Source: an uncultured virus (IMG/VR IMGVR_UViG_3300028764_000001) (Duplodnaviria; Heunggongvirae; Uroviricota; Caudoviricetes). Taken from it: DNA of 64,000 nt. Below the pieces are notes generated by a model. That model was not told the DNA's origin. It made no database searches and saw only the letters and a program-made list of their open reading frames with translations. Below are positions 1-9,813 of this stretch, piece by piece. Position 1 is the stretch's first letter; each line of letters starts with the position of its first letter. Made by a program: the position numbers and the translations under genes. Where the stretch lies: the IMG/VR virus record IMGVR_UViG_3300028764_000001. One strand, written 5' to 3'.

Positions 1-1029
1 GGTTTAAAAACCCTATCACTAACTAATGATAAGGACTGGCTAGAACAATCAAGGTCTGAATTTAAGGACTTACTACCTGGTGAGAATATAACATTTGTAC
101 AGGGGGGTAAGGTATTTAACTGGGGCAACTTCTCTATAGGTATGGTACAATCAATATCAAGGAACCTGGGGAACTACCAAAAGGAGTTAAACAACATTGA
201 TATGTTACTTATTGATGAGGGTGACCTTATTGATAATAAAACATATAAGGGCGTAATTCAACACTTATGGGGAACATCAGTTAGGCTAATTTTCTCAGGT
301 TCTATATACATGAGTAAGCTTAAGAAAGACCTGGTTCATAATATGAATATAAGGCAATTCGCTGGGGATGAACTAACTATCATCAAGTTAGATGAGATGA
401 TTAAAAAGGGGTACTCTACCCCAGTAATTGTGAAAATGGTCCCAACAGAGTATAACAAGGATAAGAAAAAACTGGGAGGCTATCCCGATGAGTATTCAAA
501 AGTTATATCAACTAGCCAACATGCTTATGGTGTATCCCTGGATAGGACAAGGTATAACTTACAATATGGTAGGACTCCCATGCTTATAGTAACCAAGTAT
601 ATTGAGCATTGTGAAAAGCTTTATTCTTATTATATGAGTTATATATCTTTACTAGAAAAGTCTGTAGGCAGGAAATTAGTAGTGAAAAGAGTTCACCATG
701 ATACTAAAGATAGGAAAAAGATTTTATCTAACTTCAGAGATGGAAAAATTGACATCCTTATATCTAATACATTTATTGCCAGAGGGAAGAACTTCCCACT
801 ATTACAGTATATGCAGAATACTGCTAGCATGGACTCTAATGAAAAGACACTTCAGCTTATGGGTAGGTTGGTTAGAACACATGAGAGTAAGACTAAAACT
901 TACTTAGATGATATTCAATACAATGGTAAATATCTTTCAAAACATGCTAAGCACCGAAAAAACTATTATACTAAAGAGAACCTTAAAGTGATCATGTTAA
1001 ATAGGTTAACACCCAAGAAGTCCTTATAA
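1..1029 (+). CDS. Superfamily 2 DNA helicase (UvsW-like), 5'-truncated by window
   Basis: Frame is open from base 1. Motif II LLIDEGD, motif III SGS, HelicC DILISNTFIARG, motif VI QLMGRLVR. Confidence 0.85.
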   Translation, partial: GLKTLSLTNDKDWLEQSRSEFKDLLPGENITFVQGGKVFNWGNFSIGMVQSISRNLGNYQKELNNIDMLLIDEGDLIDNKTYKGVIQHLWGTSVRLIFSGSIYMSKLKKDLVHNMNIRQFAGDELTIIKLDEMIKKGYSTPVIVKMVPTEYNKDKKKLGGYPDEYSKVISTSQHAYGVSLDRTRYNLQYGRTPMLIVTKYIEHCEKLYSYYMSYISLLEKSVGRKLVVKRVHHDTKDRKKILSNFRDGKIDILISNTFIARGKNFPLLQYMQNTASMDSNEKTLQLMGRLVRTHESKTKTYLDDIQYNGKYLSKHAKHRKNYYTKENLKVIMLNRLTPKKSL

Positions 1030-1064
1030 AAACCCCAGGTACTACTAATTATAAACAAAACAAT

Positions 1065-1472
1065 ATGTCAACTAAAGTAAAGAAAAAGAAGTCACTACTG
1101 CCTGACTTGTCCAAGATGGATATCCTAAAGCCATTATCAATTACTGATATAGGGTCTAATGGTGATCCATGCTTTGGTAAGGCTTATGATCTGTCAACTA
1201 AAGAATGTAAGATGTGTGGAGATTCTGAATTATGTGCAATAGTATTTGCCCAGACAATGAATACCACAAGAGGTGAAATTGAGAAGGAAAAACATTTCAA
1301 GGACATGGATGTATTAATTGATATTCCAGGTGTAAAAAAATACATGAGGAAATTGAAGCGTACGGGGTATATTAAGAAGGATATTATTACAATGTCCATG
1401 GCTAAGTTTGAAATAGCTAAATCAGATACAAGGGATATATATAGAAGTTTAAACAATTTAAAAGAAGAGTAA
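1065..1472 (+). CDS. Hypothetical protein with 4-Cys cluster (possible Zn or Fe-S binding)
   Basis: PCFG...ECKMCGDSELC; A-rich leader; stop overlaps the next start. Confidence 0.7.
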   Translation: MSTKVKKKKSLLPDLSKMDILKPLSITDIGSNGDPCFGKAYDLSTKECKMCGDSELCAIVFAQTMNTTRGEIEKEKHFKDMDVLIDIPGVKKYMRKLKRTGYIKKDIITMSMAKFEIAKSDTRDIYRSLNNLKEE

Positions 1473-1978
1473 TGGATGATAATATACCAGGCTTCCCAGG
1501 TTACCATATAGCTAGAGGTGGGAAGTTATACAATAGGGGAAAGCCAAAACCAACGTATGTTCATAAGAATGGGTACTTAAGGTCTAGGTTAAGAAATGAA
1601 AAAGGTAAAACTTATAACAAAACTATACATAGGCTAGTTGCCATAGCTTGGGTACCAAATCCAAAGCCTGGTATATATAATACTGTATTACATAATGATA
1701 ATATAAGGTTACACAACTTTGATACAAACTTACACTGGGGTACACAACAGGAAAATATAGACCAGGCTATAAAAGATGGTATCATGAATGTAAAGGGTAA
1801 GAATAATCCCATGTATGGTGTACACAGAGATTGTAGGGGTAAAGTAAACAAAACCTTATCAGGTAATAAGAAAACTCAGGTAAGGGGATTATACAAAACA
1901 GGAAACTATAAACTTACTGAGTTAGCAAAAAAGTTTTCAGTAGGAACTAAGAATATAAAACGAATTATAAACATTTAA
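1472..1978 (+). CDS. Free-standing HNH homing endonuclease with C-terminal HTH
   Basis: IHRLVAIAWVPNP...VLHNDNIRLHNFDTNLHWGTQQEN is an HNH_3 pattern; LTELAKKFSVG is HTH-like. Confidence 0.9.
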   Translation: MDDNIPGFPGYHIARGGKLYNRGKPKPTYVHKNGYLRSRLRNEKGKTYNKTIHRLVAIAWVPNPKPGIYNTVLHNDNIRLHNFDTNLHWGTQQENIDQAIKDGIMNVKGKNNPMYGVHRDCRGKVNKTLSGNKKTQVRGLYKTGNYKLTELAKKFSVGTKNIKRIINI

Positions 1979-1989
1979 AACTTAACATT

Positions 1990-2862
1990 TTGGACATAAG
2001 AGATGTAAAAGAAGAACCACAAGTAGTAGAAGGTGGGATGTATTTAGAAAAGATTTATGAGTTACAAAAGGTATTGGTAGACCACTATGTAAAAATTGAA
2101 GGCCTACCACCTTACCCAATTAGTGTAAACACAAAACCCAGCCAGATAATCCTGAAGGATTTTACGGGTAGGGTAATTGAAGAACTTGCTGAAGGGTTTG
2201 AATCTCACCTATTGATTGATGAATTAACAAGTAACAACCTTTATTGGAGTGATGAGGATGGGAGTTCTAATGATTATCAACAAATGGTAAACCACCTTCA
2301 GAACTTAAATGAAGAACAGGCAGATGCAATGCATTTCATGACTGAGTTAATGATCTATTGCAACATTCAACCAGATGATATCCAAGCTTGGATTGATGCT
2401 TATGTAAAGAAGTACAATTTTAATAGTATAAATGCTGGTGCTCCTTATGTTGGTACCGATGGTGATGTAATAGCTAATGCTATAGAATTAGGCTATGCTA
2501 TATTTGAAGGTGATTTAACTCTTAGTAGGGAAGGTGTTAACTTGGTTAAATACATTGATGAAGTAAAACTTAAGTATCTACCTGGGGCAAGATACCTATC
2601 AATGGAATTGATGGAGTTATCTGAAAAATTGCTTTGGAGAGTTACCTACCATATCAACATTTCAAGGAACTGTTTGAAAAACAAACCCTGGAAACAGTCT
2701 GGTGTTATGACTGATGAAACTCTATACCAATCTAAAGTAGTTGAAGCATTTGTATACATGATGACTTACTTTGGGTTTATTGGTATGGGAAGCAAGGAGA
2801 TATACTACTTGTACTTCAAGAAGAATATGGTTAATCAATTCCGTATTAAATCAAACTATTAA
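1990..2862 (+). CDS. All-alpha dNTP pyrophosphatase (dCTPase/dUTPase, T4 gp56-like)
   Basis: IEELAEGFE, NEEQADAMHF, LKNKPWK and terminal KNMVNQFRIKSNY motifs; TTG start. Confidence 0.75.
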   Translation: MDIRDVKEEPQVVEGGMYLEKIYELQKVLVDHYVKIEGLPPYPISVNTKPSQIILKDFTGRVIEELAEGFESHLLIDELTSNNLYWSDEDGSSNDYQQMVNHLQNLNEEQADAMHFMTELMIYCNIQPDDIQAWIDAYVKKYNFNSINAGAPYVGTDGDVIANAIELGYAIFEGDLTLSREGVNLVKYIDEVKLKYLPGARYLSMELMELSEKLLWRVTYHINISRNCLKNKPWKQSGVMTDETLYQSKVVEAFVYMMTYFGFIGMGSKEIYYLYFKKNMVNQFRIKSNY

Positions 2863-3791
2863 TGGGCAAGGTATCTGGCTCAATCCAAGAAAAATGCCAC
2901 AACTTGGAATTTGCAACCTCCCAGGAAGCTTGGGAAGGTTTAAATGAAATGTTCATATACCATGATAAAAGGTTATTTAAACATGGAGCATCATTTACAT
3001 CGGGTATGTCTGCTGTATATAACATATTCATAAAGATAAGGAAAGCTTGGGTAGACCCAGAATTCGATTATGGTTTAATGTTTAATTACAGGGAACAGAA
3101 ATGGACCACTCTAGTGAATAATTATTTAAACTTAAATAAACTAGACCTACTTAGGTCTAAAGTTCGCTACTTCCAGTCTAAGTATAACCAAAACTATAAT
3201 ATATCTTACTCATTTGATAACTCCCATGATAATGGGAAAGGTTGTTTATTAGCTGCAACATTTTCAAGGAGATTAAATGATGACATCCCAGTTATAACTG
3301 TAATGTTAAGGTCATCAGAGATAACTAAAAGGTTAATATTTGATCTCCTATTAGTACAAAGGATGGCAGAATATGTATATGGTAAAGAAGTAACCTGCAT
3401 GATAAATATATTTGCAACTCAAATGTATTGCAATACAGAAACACTGGTAATGTATAATACTCATAGGCCACTTGCTGATGTACTTGAAGAAAACAAAAAG
3501 AAGTGGATGTCAAAGGGTATAGCAAAAGATTCATGGCCTGAAAGTTTATTAAAAACATTCAATACCTTCATGGATAAACCTGAATCATTTGGGAGTTATA
3601 AGGTTTTCTTAAGAACTGCAAAATGCTTAAGACCTGATTATTACAAGGGGCACTATAAACCTTTAATTGCAGTTAATATGGTTTTAGAATATGATGAGGG
3701 CATTGAATACCCCGAAACCGTCATAAGCTTCTCACAAAGAAAAGCATACAAAAAGAAACATAACAAACAACTTAAAAAACTAGTAGTATGA
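2862..3791 (+). CDS. Thymidylate-synthase-fold protein 1 (divergent, dCMP-type)
   Basis: KGCLL catalytic Cys context; MLRSSEITKRLIFD aligns with RSxD...PFN but has Asp in place of Asn. Confidence 0.65.
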   Translation: MGKVSGSIQEKCHNLEFATSQEAWEGLNEMFIYHDKRLFKHGASFTSGMSAVYNIFIKIRKAWVDPEFDYGLMFNYREQKWTTLVNNYLNLNKLDLLRSKVRYFQSKYNQNYNISYSFDNSHDNGKGCLLAATFSRRLNDDIPVITVMLRSSEITKRLIFDLLLVQRMAEYVYGKEVTCMINIFATQMYCNTETLVMYNTHRPLADVLEENKKKWMSKGIAKDSWPESLLKTFNTFMDKPESFGSYKVFLRTAKCLRPDYYKGHYKPLIAVNMVLEYDEGIEYPETVISFSQRKAYKKKHNKQLKKLVV

Positions 3792-4549
3792 GGATTTACG
3801 CAAACGCTTACGAGTTAATGTCAGAAACTGGCAGAAACTTATGGGAAATGGGTGCAGAGGTTAAACCTAAAACTTATCAAGATAAGGTAATTGAGGGTGA
3901 TGACAACTTTATTACAAAAGAACTTATCTGTGAACAGTATTGTTTAACTGACTTACCAGATGAGGATTTATTATTCTTATTTGACCCACGTTCTAAGGAC
4001 TGGACAAAGGCAGAATTTGTTGAAAGGGTATCAATTGGTAAAAGCCAAAATCCTGGGGAAGCCTATAAACTTAGGCCAGATCTTTGGGAGCAATTCATAA
4101 ACAGTAGAGGGAAGTTCGACTACAACTATAATGACCGGATGAGGTATGAAAAAGCCTTGTTTAGCAGATTAGAGCTGGATAACTTGTCTATAGTAATAAA
4201 GCAACTAATGTTTGACCACCAGACAAGGAAGGCAGTATTACCAATCTACACCCTAGATGATGTATCCAAGATACCAGAGGGCAAAAGGATACCTTGTTCA
4301 ATGTATTATGACTTCTTAGTAAGGGAAGTAAATGGTGAAGAACAATTAAACATAACCTACCACCAAAGGTCTGCAGATTATGTTACCCACTTTGGTAATG
4401 ATGTATTCCTTGCCTGGAAACTAATGCAATATGTTGCTTCACTGATAAAAGTTAAACCAGGGTACCTATACCATACCATAGATTCACTACACAGTTACAA
4501 AAAAGACTGGGTAAAACTTAAAACATCAGTAGGAGACTTCAAAAAATAA
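3788..4549 (+). CDS. Thymidylate-synthase-fold protein 2 (dCMP hydroxymethylase/methylase-like)
   Basis: TRKAVLPIY, RIPCSMYY, QRSADYVTHFGND and HTIDSLHSY motifs. Confidence 0.85.
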   Translation: MRIYANAYELMSETGRNLWEMGAEVKPKTYQDKVIEGDDNFITKELICEQYCLTDLPDEDLLFLFDPRSKDWTKAEFVERVSIGKSQNPGEAYKLRPDLWEQFINSRGKFDYNYNDRMRYEKALFSRLELDNLSIVIKQLMFDHQTRKAVLPIYTLDDVSKIPEGKRIPCSMYYDFLVREVNGEEQLNITYHQRSADYVTHFGNDVFLAWKLMQYVASLIKVKPGYLYHTIDSLHSYKKDWVKLKTSVGDFKK

Positions 4550-4563
4550 TACTACTAACCTGT

Positions 4564-4591
4564 AATGGGAGGACTTAATTGTTCTCCCATT
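4564..4591 (+). other. Intergenic hairpin in front of polA
   Basis: aatgggaggac-ttaatt-gttctcccatt inverted repeat; no strong U-tract. Confidence 0.55.
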
Positions 4592-4606
4592 CGTCACCTT
4601 ATAAAC

Positions 4607-6886
4607 ATGATATCAAGGTACCACATAATAAAGAATTTTAAAGAACTTAAACTACTTGTAAAAGCTTGCAAGGAAACTAAGTATGCAAGCTTTGACTTTG
4701 AATCTAATGCTAAAAGCATATACTCTGATGAGTTCTACCCTACTATACTATCCGTATCATTTCAAGTAGGTTCTTCAGTTATATTACCACTAGCTCATTT
4801 TGATTCACCATTCTTATCAGGTAAAAATAAACCAACCTGGCTTAAGATGTTAGAATACTTTGGTAGACATGTAATTGAGAATCCAGATATAACTAAGGTA
4901 GCATGGAATTGGAAGTTTGATAATCAGATAATGGCAAGGTACAACATCTGGCATAAGGGTAGAGCCTTAGATGGTATGCTTGCAAAATATCTCCTGGATG
5001 AGGAAAGGCCAATGGGTTTAAAAGATATGGTAAAAAGGTATCTACCTGAATTTTCAGGCTATGAAAATTATGAAGGTAGTAAATTGCCATGGGATAAAAA
5101 ACCTTTAGAGGGGTTAAGTAAATATAGTGGACAAGATTCTGACTGTACCTTACGACTTATGCTATTCTTTGAAAAGAAACTCATTGACTTAGGCTTCTAT
5201 AGTTTATATAGAAATTTAATTATGATGGCTAGCAGAGTACTGGAGGATGCTGAAAGAAATGGTATGAAGCTTGATATTGAACTAAATCATGAACTTGGTA
5301 TTAAATATGATGCATTAACAGAAGAGGCCCAAAAGAAACTTAGGGAGATGTCAAGGGTTATGAAGTTTGAAAAGGCTTTAATAAAAGACAGGAGGGAAGC
5401 TTATATATCAAAGATAGAGGATGAAATTGAAGCTATAAATAATGAGATTGAAGAACTTGATGACCAAAAGAAAATCAATGCAGCTAATAAAAAGATTGAT
5501 TCCAGGGAGGAAAAAATAAGCAGGTTAACAGTTGGTGACTTTAGAACTAATGATGAAAAGAAACTTATAGAGCCAATTAACTTTGGTTCACCATTAGTAA
5601 TGGGGGCTTTACTTTACACCCATAAAAAAGGGTTTAAATTCCCCATACAAAACTATACTGATAAAGGTGCACCATCTACAGCTGAAGAGGATATACTAAA
5701 ACTAAAGGATTATGATAAACATGGTTTTATAGATGGGCTTATAGAGTTAAGGGGGTTCCAAACCATTAATTCCACATTTGTAAAAGGTATTGGTGAAAAG
5801 GTTGGATCAGATGGTAGGATTCACCCTAAGTTTAATATACATGGAACAACTACAGGAAGGCTTAGTTCTAACGACCCAAATTTTCAAAATCTCCCAAGGG
5901 TTACAACCAACGAGGATATTAAAAGGATGATGATACCAGGTGAAGGCAAGATATTCATCATGCTCGATTATTCTCAGGCTGAGTTAAGGGTACTTGCTCA
6001 TCTTGCAAAAGAAGAAACCATGCTTATGTGGTTTAGAACTGGTAGGGATATTCACCTTGCTACAGCTTGTAAGAAATACAAAACTGATTATGAGGAAACA
6101 CTTGTAATATATAAGGATGAACAACACCCCGAATATAAAACGTGGAAGAAGAGAAGAAAACAAGCTAAGACAATTAATTTTGGTATAGCTTATGAACAAA
6201 CTGCTATGAAGTTATCTGAGTCACTATCTGAGCCAGGTGCACCAGTTTCAATTGAAGAAGCTCAGGTTGAGTTAGATGCTTGGTTTTTAGAATTTCCAAA
6301 GGTAAAGAAATTTATTGAAAAACAACATAGGTTTGCAGAGAAACATGGTTGGGTTAAAACAATGTTTGGTAGGAAGAGAAGGTTACCCGGAGTATATAGT
6401 GAAGTATATAGAGAATATCTAGAGGCATTAAGATTTGCATCTAATTCACCTATTCAGGGAACTGCTACTGACTTTGCACTATTCTCATCCATATTAATAT
6501 GGGAAAAGATTAAACTAGGTGAGTTACCAAGAATACATGAAAACACAACAGTACATGACTCCATTGTATATGAGGCAGATCCTAAGGATGTAACTCCATT
6601 CTTAATCCATGCACTATGGTCAATATGCAAGAACCCAAGTACTAAACAGTACTTTGGCTTCCAAATTGATGACGTTGAGATGGATGCTGACTTTGGGGTT
6701 GGAAGAAACTATGGTGAAGAATTGCCCTTTGTACCAGGCTATGACTATACTAATCTACTATCAAAAGACTTCAATAAAGATGATTATTACAAGGAATTTA
6801 ATAAAGTACGGGACATCCCTTATTCAGATTTTCCAATTAAGTTCAATGATAACTTTAATAAAAGTAAAGCCCTATATGCAAGATAA
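4607..6886 (+). CDS. polA: DNA polymerase family A with 3'-5' exonuclease
   Basis: ExoI FDFES, ExoII NWKFD, TTTGRLSS...NFQNLP, motif A DYSQAELR, motif B RKQAKTINFGIAY, motif C VHDS. Start moved to ATG 4607, downstream of the hairpin. Confidence 0.97.
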   Translation: MISRYHIIKNFKELKLLVKACKETKYASFDFESNAKSIYSDEFYPTILSVSFQVGSSVILPLAHFDSPFLSGKNKPTWLKMLEYFGRHVIENPDITKVAWNWKFDNQIMARYNIWHKGRALDGMLAKYLLDEERPMGLKDMVKRYLPEFSGYENYEGSKLPWDKKPLEGLSKYSGQDSDCTLRLMLFFEKKLIDLGFYSLYRNLIMMASRVLEDAERNGMKLDIELNHELGIKYDALTEEAQKKLREMSRVMKFEKALIKDRREAYISKIEDEIEAINNEIEELDDQKKINAANKKIDSREEKISRLTVGDFRTNDEKKLIEPINFGSPLVMGALLYTHKKGFKFPIQNYTDKGAPSTAEEDILKLKDYDKHGFIDGLIELRGFQTINSTFVKGIGEKVGSDGRIHPKFNIHGTTTGRLSSNDPNFQNLPRVTTNEDIKRMMIPGEGKIFIMLDYSQAELRVLAHLAKEETMLMWFRTGRDIHLATACKKYKTDYEETLVIYKDEQHPEYKTWKKRRKQAKTINFGIAYEQTAMKLSESLSEPGAPVSIEEAQVELDAWFLEFPKVKKFIEKQHRFAEKHGWVKTMFGRKRRLPGVYSEVYREYLEALRFASNSPIQGTATDFALFSSILIWEKIKLGELPRIHENTTVHDSIVYEADPKDVTPFLIHALWSICKNPSTKQYFGFQIDDVEMDADFGVGRNYGEELPFVPGYDYTNLLSKDFNKDDYYKEFNKVRDIPYSDFPIKFNDNFNKSKALYAR

Positions 6887-7319
6887 AATAACACAAATCA
6901 GTAAGATTAAGCGGGATGTATTAACTGTACACTATAAGGGTGAGAAAATAAACATAAACATTTCCCAGGAATTATCCATAAGTGAAAATGTTATCAACTC
7001 TCAATTAAAAGAGAGTCCTTCTAGTTATGCATTCCTTTGTTTACTAAGAGATAAACAAGTAAAACTCCGTGATACTCTAGAAAGGAGCAAGGATGTTGCC
7101 TATAGTGAAGCTTATATATATTATAAGGGGTCTGGTAGTGGCATTACCAATGAAACAGCACAACATAAGGCTAACTCTAACCCCAAATATAAAAGCTTAT
7201 ATAAAAAATACCTAAGGGCAGTTAGTAAGGCAAGCAACTTTATTTCAATATGCAGGGCCTATGAGGGTAGGGAAAAGATATTACAAACAGTATCAGCTAA
7301 TCTACGTAGAGAACACTAA
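6876..7319 (+). CDS. Helical protein, UvsY-like recombination mediator
   Basis: 147 aa, predicted all-helical; lies between polA and SSB/RecA. True start is ATG 6876 within ORF 6609. Confidence 0.55.
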   Translation: MQDKITQISKIKRDVLTVHYKGEKININISQELSISENVINSQLKESPSSYAFLCLLRDKQVKLRDTLERSKDVAYSEAYIYYKGSGSGITNETAQHKANSNPKYKSLYKKYLRAVSKASNFISICRAYEGREKILQTVSANLRREH

Positions 7320-7358
7320 AGAATTTCTATAAACTATTAATATATAAACAAAAACATT

Positions 7359-7769
7359 ATGAATTTAGCAACAATGCTTGGCCAGTCTCTTATTTCAAAA
7401 GATACTGCAATGTTAATCAACAGTGAGTTATACAAAAGGGGTCAGGTAACTGAGAACCGGGTTATAATCATTACACCTAAAGAAATTGAGGGTAGGACTG
7501 CATCTGGTATAATCATACCCGGAGAAGTAACAGAAGGGGTACCAAGAAAGGGTATCTGTGTTCAAATGGGAGAGTTCACTGAAGAGAATCGGACCTATAC
7601 CTCTGTAGTTGGGATTGGTAATGTACTTACCTATGGCTTATATGCTGGTAAGGAAATTGATCTACTAGAACCCCTATTAGTAAAAGGTTTTAACCCTGAC
7701 AAACATGAACTAAGGTGTATATCAGTTAATGAGATTATGTATTCTGAGTATCCAATTAAACTAACATAA
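7359..7769 (+). CDS. groES: GroES-like co-chaperonin
   Basis: NRVII...EGRTASGIIIP...RKGICVQMG mobile-loop signature; YAGKEI. Confidence 0.85.
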   Translation: MNLATMLGQSLISKDTAMLINSELYKRGQVTENRVIIITPKEIEGRTASGIIIPGEVTEGVPRKGICVQMGEFTEENRTYTSVVGIGNVLTYGLYAGKEIDLLEPLLVKGFNPDKHELRCISVNEIMYSEYPIKLT

Positions 7770-7781
7770 TAAAGTAAAGTC

Positions 7782-8582
7782 ATGAGAGCAGAGAAGGAAG
7801 ACAAAACTAAAAAGAAGAAGTTATCTACAGGTGGTAAAACTGCCCGTGAGAAAATGATGGACCGGAAAAAAGACCTTGAAAAACGTAGTGCAGGTGGTGG
7901 ATTCATATTCCCAAAAGTTGGTACAACAAGGCTACGCCTAAAGTCACCAGGTGATGATGAAGAATTAGCCATTGAGGTAATTCAGTTCTACCTGGGTAAA
8001 GAATTGGGTGGTGTGGTATCCCCAGCAACATTTGATGAACCCTGTCCATTTATGGATAAGTACAAAGAACTAAAGGATTCAGATGATGATGATGACAAAG
8101 CATTAGCAAAACGTCTGGTACCTAAAAGGAAGTATGCAATTGGGTGTGACTCTTACAAGGACGAAAAGGGTAAAGAAGTTGATCAAACTGACAAAGCAGT
8201 ACTTGTTGCAAGAGGTGCTTACCAGGACATTACTGAACTCTACCTTGATGAGGATGAGTGGGGGGATATGACTGATAAAAAAGAAGGGTATGATATTAAA
8301 ATTATCAGAACTGGGGTTGGCCAACTAGATACATCTTATTCTGTATCACCTTGCCAAAAGAAAGCATTACCCAAAGACCGTTCAAATACTTGCGACCTTG
8401 AAAAAATTGTAAGGTCACAAATTCCTTCATTTGAGGAACTTGAGGATACACTTGCTAAGTTCTTAAACTCAGGTGAGGATGGGGATGCTCCAGCAAAAAA
8501 ACCCAAGGATAGTAAATCCAGGGACAAGTTCAAAGAAGGTCTAAAGGACAAAAAGAAAAAGAAAAGAGTAAGAGATATTTAA
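7782..8582 (+). CDS. Putative single-stranded DNA-binding protein (gp32-like)
   Basis: EGYDIKIIRTGVGQLDTSYSV pattern; position just before RecA. Confidence 0.65.
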   Translation: MRAEKEDKTKKKKLSTGGKTAREKMMDRKKDLEKRSAGGGFIFPKVGTTRLRLKSPGDDEELAIEVIQFYLGKELGGVVSPATFDEPCPFMDKYKELKDSDDDDDKALAKRLVPKRKYAIGCDSYKDEKGKEVDQTDKAVLVARGAYQDITELYLDEDEWGDMTDKKEGYDIKIIRTGVGQLDTSYSVSPCQKKALPKDRSNTCDLEKIVRSQIPSFEELEDTLAKFLNSGEDGDAPAKKPKDSKSRDKFKEGLKDKKKKKRVRDI

Positions 8583-8608
8583 TCCTACCCTAATAAAACA
8601 ACAACTAG

Positions 8609-8642
8609 TAAGGGGCGGTATATTATATGTCGCCCCTTATTT
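8609..8642 (+). terminator. Intrinsic terminator-like hairpin
   Basis: taaggggcggtata...tatgtcgcccctta followed by ttt. Confidence 0.65.
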
Positions 8643-8664
8643 CATGTACTAAACAAAAAGATTC

Positions 8665-9813
8665 ATGGCAAAGAAAACTAAGATAGGTATAACCATACCT
8701 ACAAAAAATGAGTTAATGAAAAGGTACCCTGGGATGTCAGTAGCTTCTGAAAATGATGATGATAGATACCCAAGAATACCATCAAGGCATTTAGCCTTCA
8801 ATTACCAAACAGGGGGAGGTCTTCCATATGGTAAAATCATGGAGATATATGGAGAAGAGTCTTCAGGTAAATCTCTAATGGCCTATGATTTCGCTTATGT
8901 AACCCAAGCATTAGGTGGAGTAGTTCTAATAGCAGATGCAGAACAAGCATTCACTAATGCCTGGGCAATAGCAAATGGATTAGATTTAACAAGGATAATA
9001 AGGTTACCTTCAACAGTAGTTGAAGAGATATCTGATTGGCTTGCAGATATGGCAATATATTGGAGATCACAATTAACCCACAATGAACCCATATTATTCA
9101 TATTAGACTCAACTGCTGCGTTGGATTGTATGGTAAATATCAATTCAAAAATGGTAGACTCTAAAGCCGATATGGGTAATAGAGCAAAAGCTATTTACAA
9201 GATGCTAAGGGTACGTTCTGAGTTAATGTTTAAACTAGGTGTATCACAGATATACATTAACCAATTAAGAAAGAATCTAAAAGCTGGTATGTTTGAGAAT
9301 CCTGATACTACACCAGGAGGCGGTGCAATGAAGTTTTATGCTTCTATACGTATTGCTTTTTATGGTGGTAAACAAATCCTTGAAAAGATAAAAGGTAAAG
9401 ATAGGAAAGTAGGCAGGGTAACTTCAATAAGGGTTATGAAAAATAAAGTTGGGCCCCCAAGGGGAACTATAAAGGGTGCACCCATGTATTTCAACCAGGA
9501 TGGTAAAAAAGATATTGGCTTTGATAAGTATTATTTTTTATCCGACTCATTACTAGAAGCCGGTGCTATAAGCAAAAACAATGGTGGTACTTACTCTATA
9601 AAGGGTGTAACTTTATGTAGGGGGGATGAGAAATTCCTTGCATTAATTGAAAAAGATGATGATCTTCGTAGGAAGTTATTACGTAAAGCTAATATCAATA
9701 CTATCAGCACTACAAGAAAGAAAATTGAAGGCTTAGGAGTTAACCTATTTCCAGTAGGTAATGTAAAGTATACGTCACAGGTAAAGGAGGCTGATGAGAA
9801 TGAAGATGAATAG
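8665..9813 (+). CDS. recA: RecA/UvsX recombinase
   Basis: GGLPYGKIMEIYGEESSGKS, DAEQA, ILDS, INQLR, TPGGGAMKFYAS, KNKVGPP. Confidence 0.97.
   Translation: MAKKTKIGITIPTKNELMKRYPGMSVASENDDDRYPRIPSRHLAFNYQTGGGLPYGKIMEIYGEESSGKSLMAYDFAYVTQALGGVVLIADAEQAFTNAWAIANGLDLTRIIRLPSTVVEEISDWLADMAIYWRSQLTHNEPILFILDSTAALDCMVNINSKMVDSKADMGNRAKAIYKMLRVRSELMFKLGVSQIYINQLRKNLKAGMFENPDTTPGGGAMKFYASIRIAFYGGKQILEKIKGKDRKVGRVTSIRVMKNKVGPPRGTIKGAPMYFNQDGKKDIGFDKYYFLSDSLLEAGAISKNNGGTYSIKGVTLCRGDEKFLALIEKDDDLRRKLLRKANINTISTTRKKIEGLGVNLFPVGNVKYTSQVKEADENEDE

Noticed and set aside
2862..4549. Ordinary thyA, or a thyA split by an intron or frameshift
   Set aside because: Each ORF has its own Cys and RS motifs and Asp instead of Asn, and ThyX is present separately.
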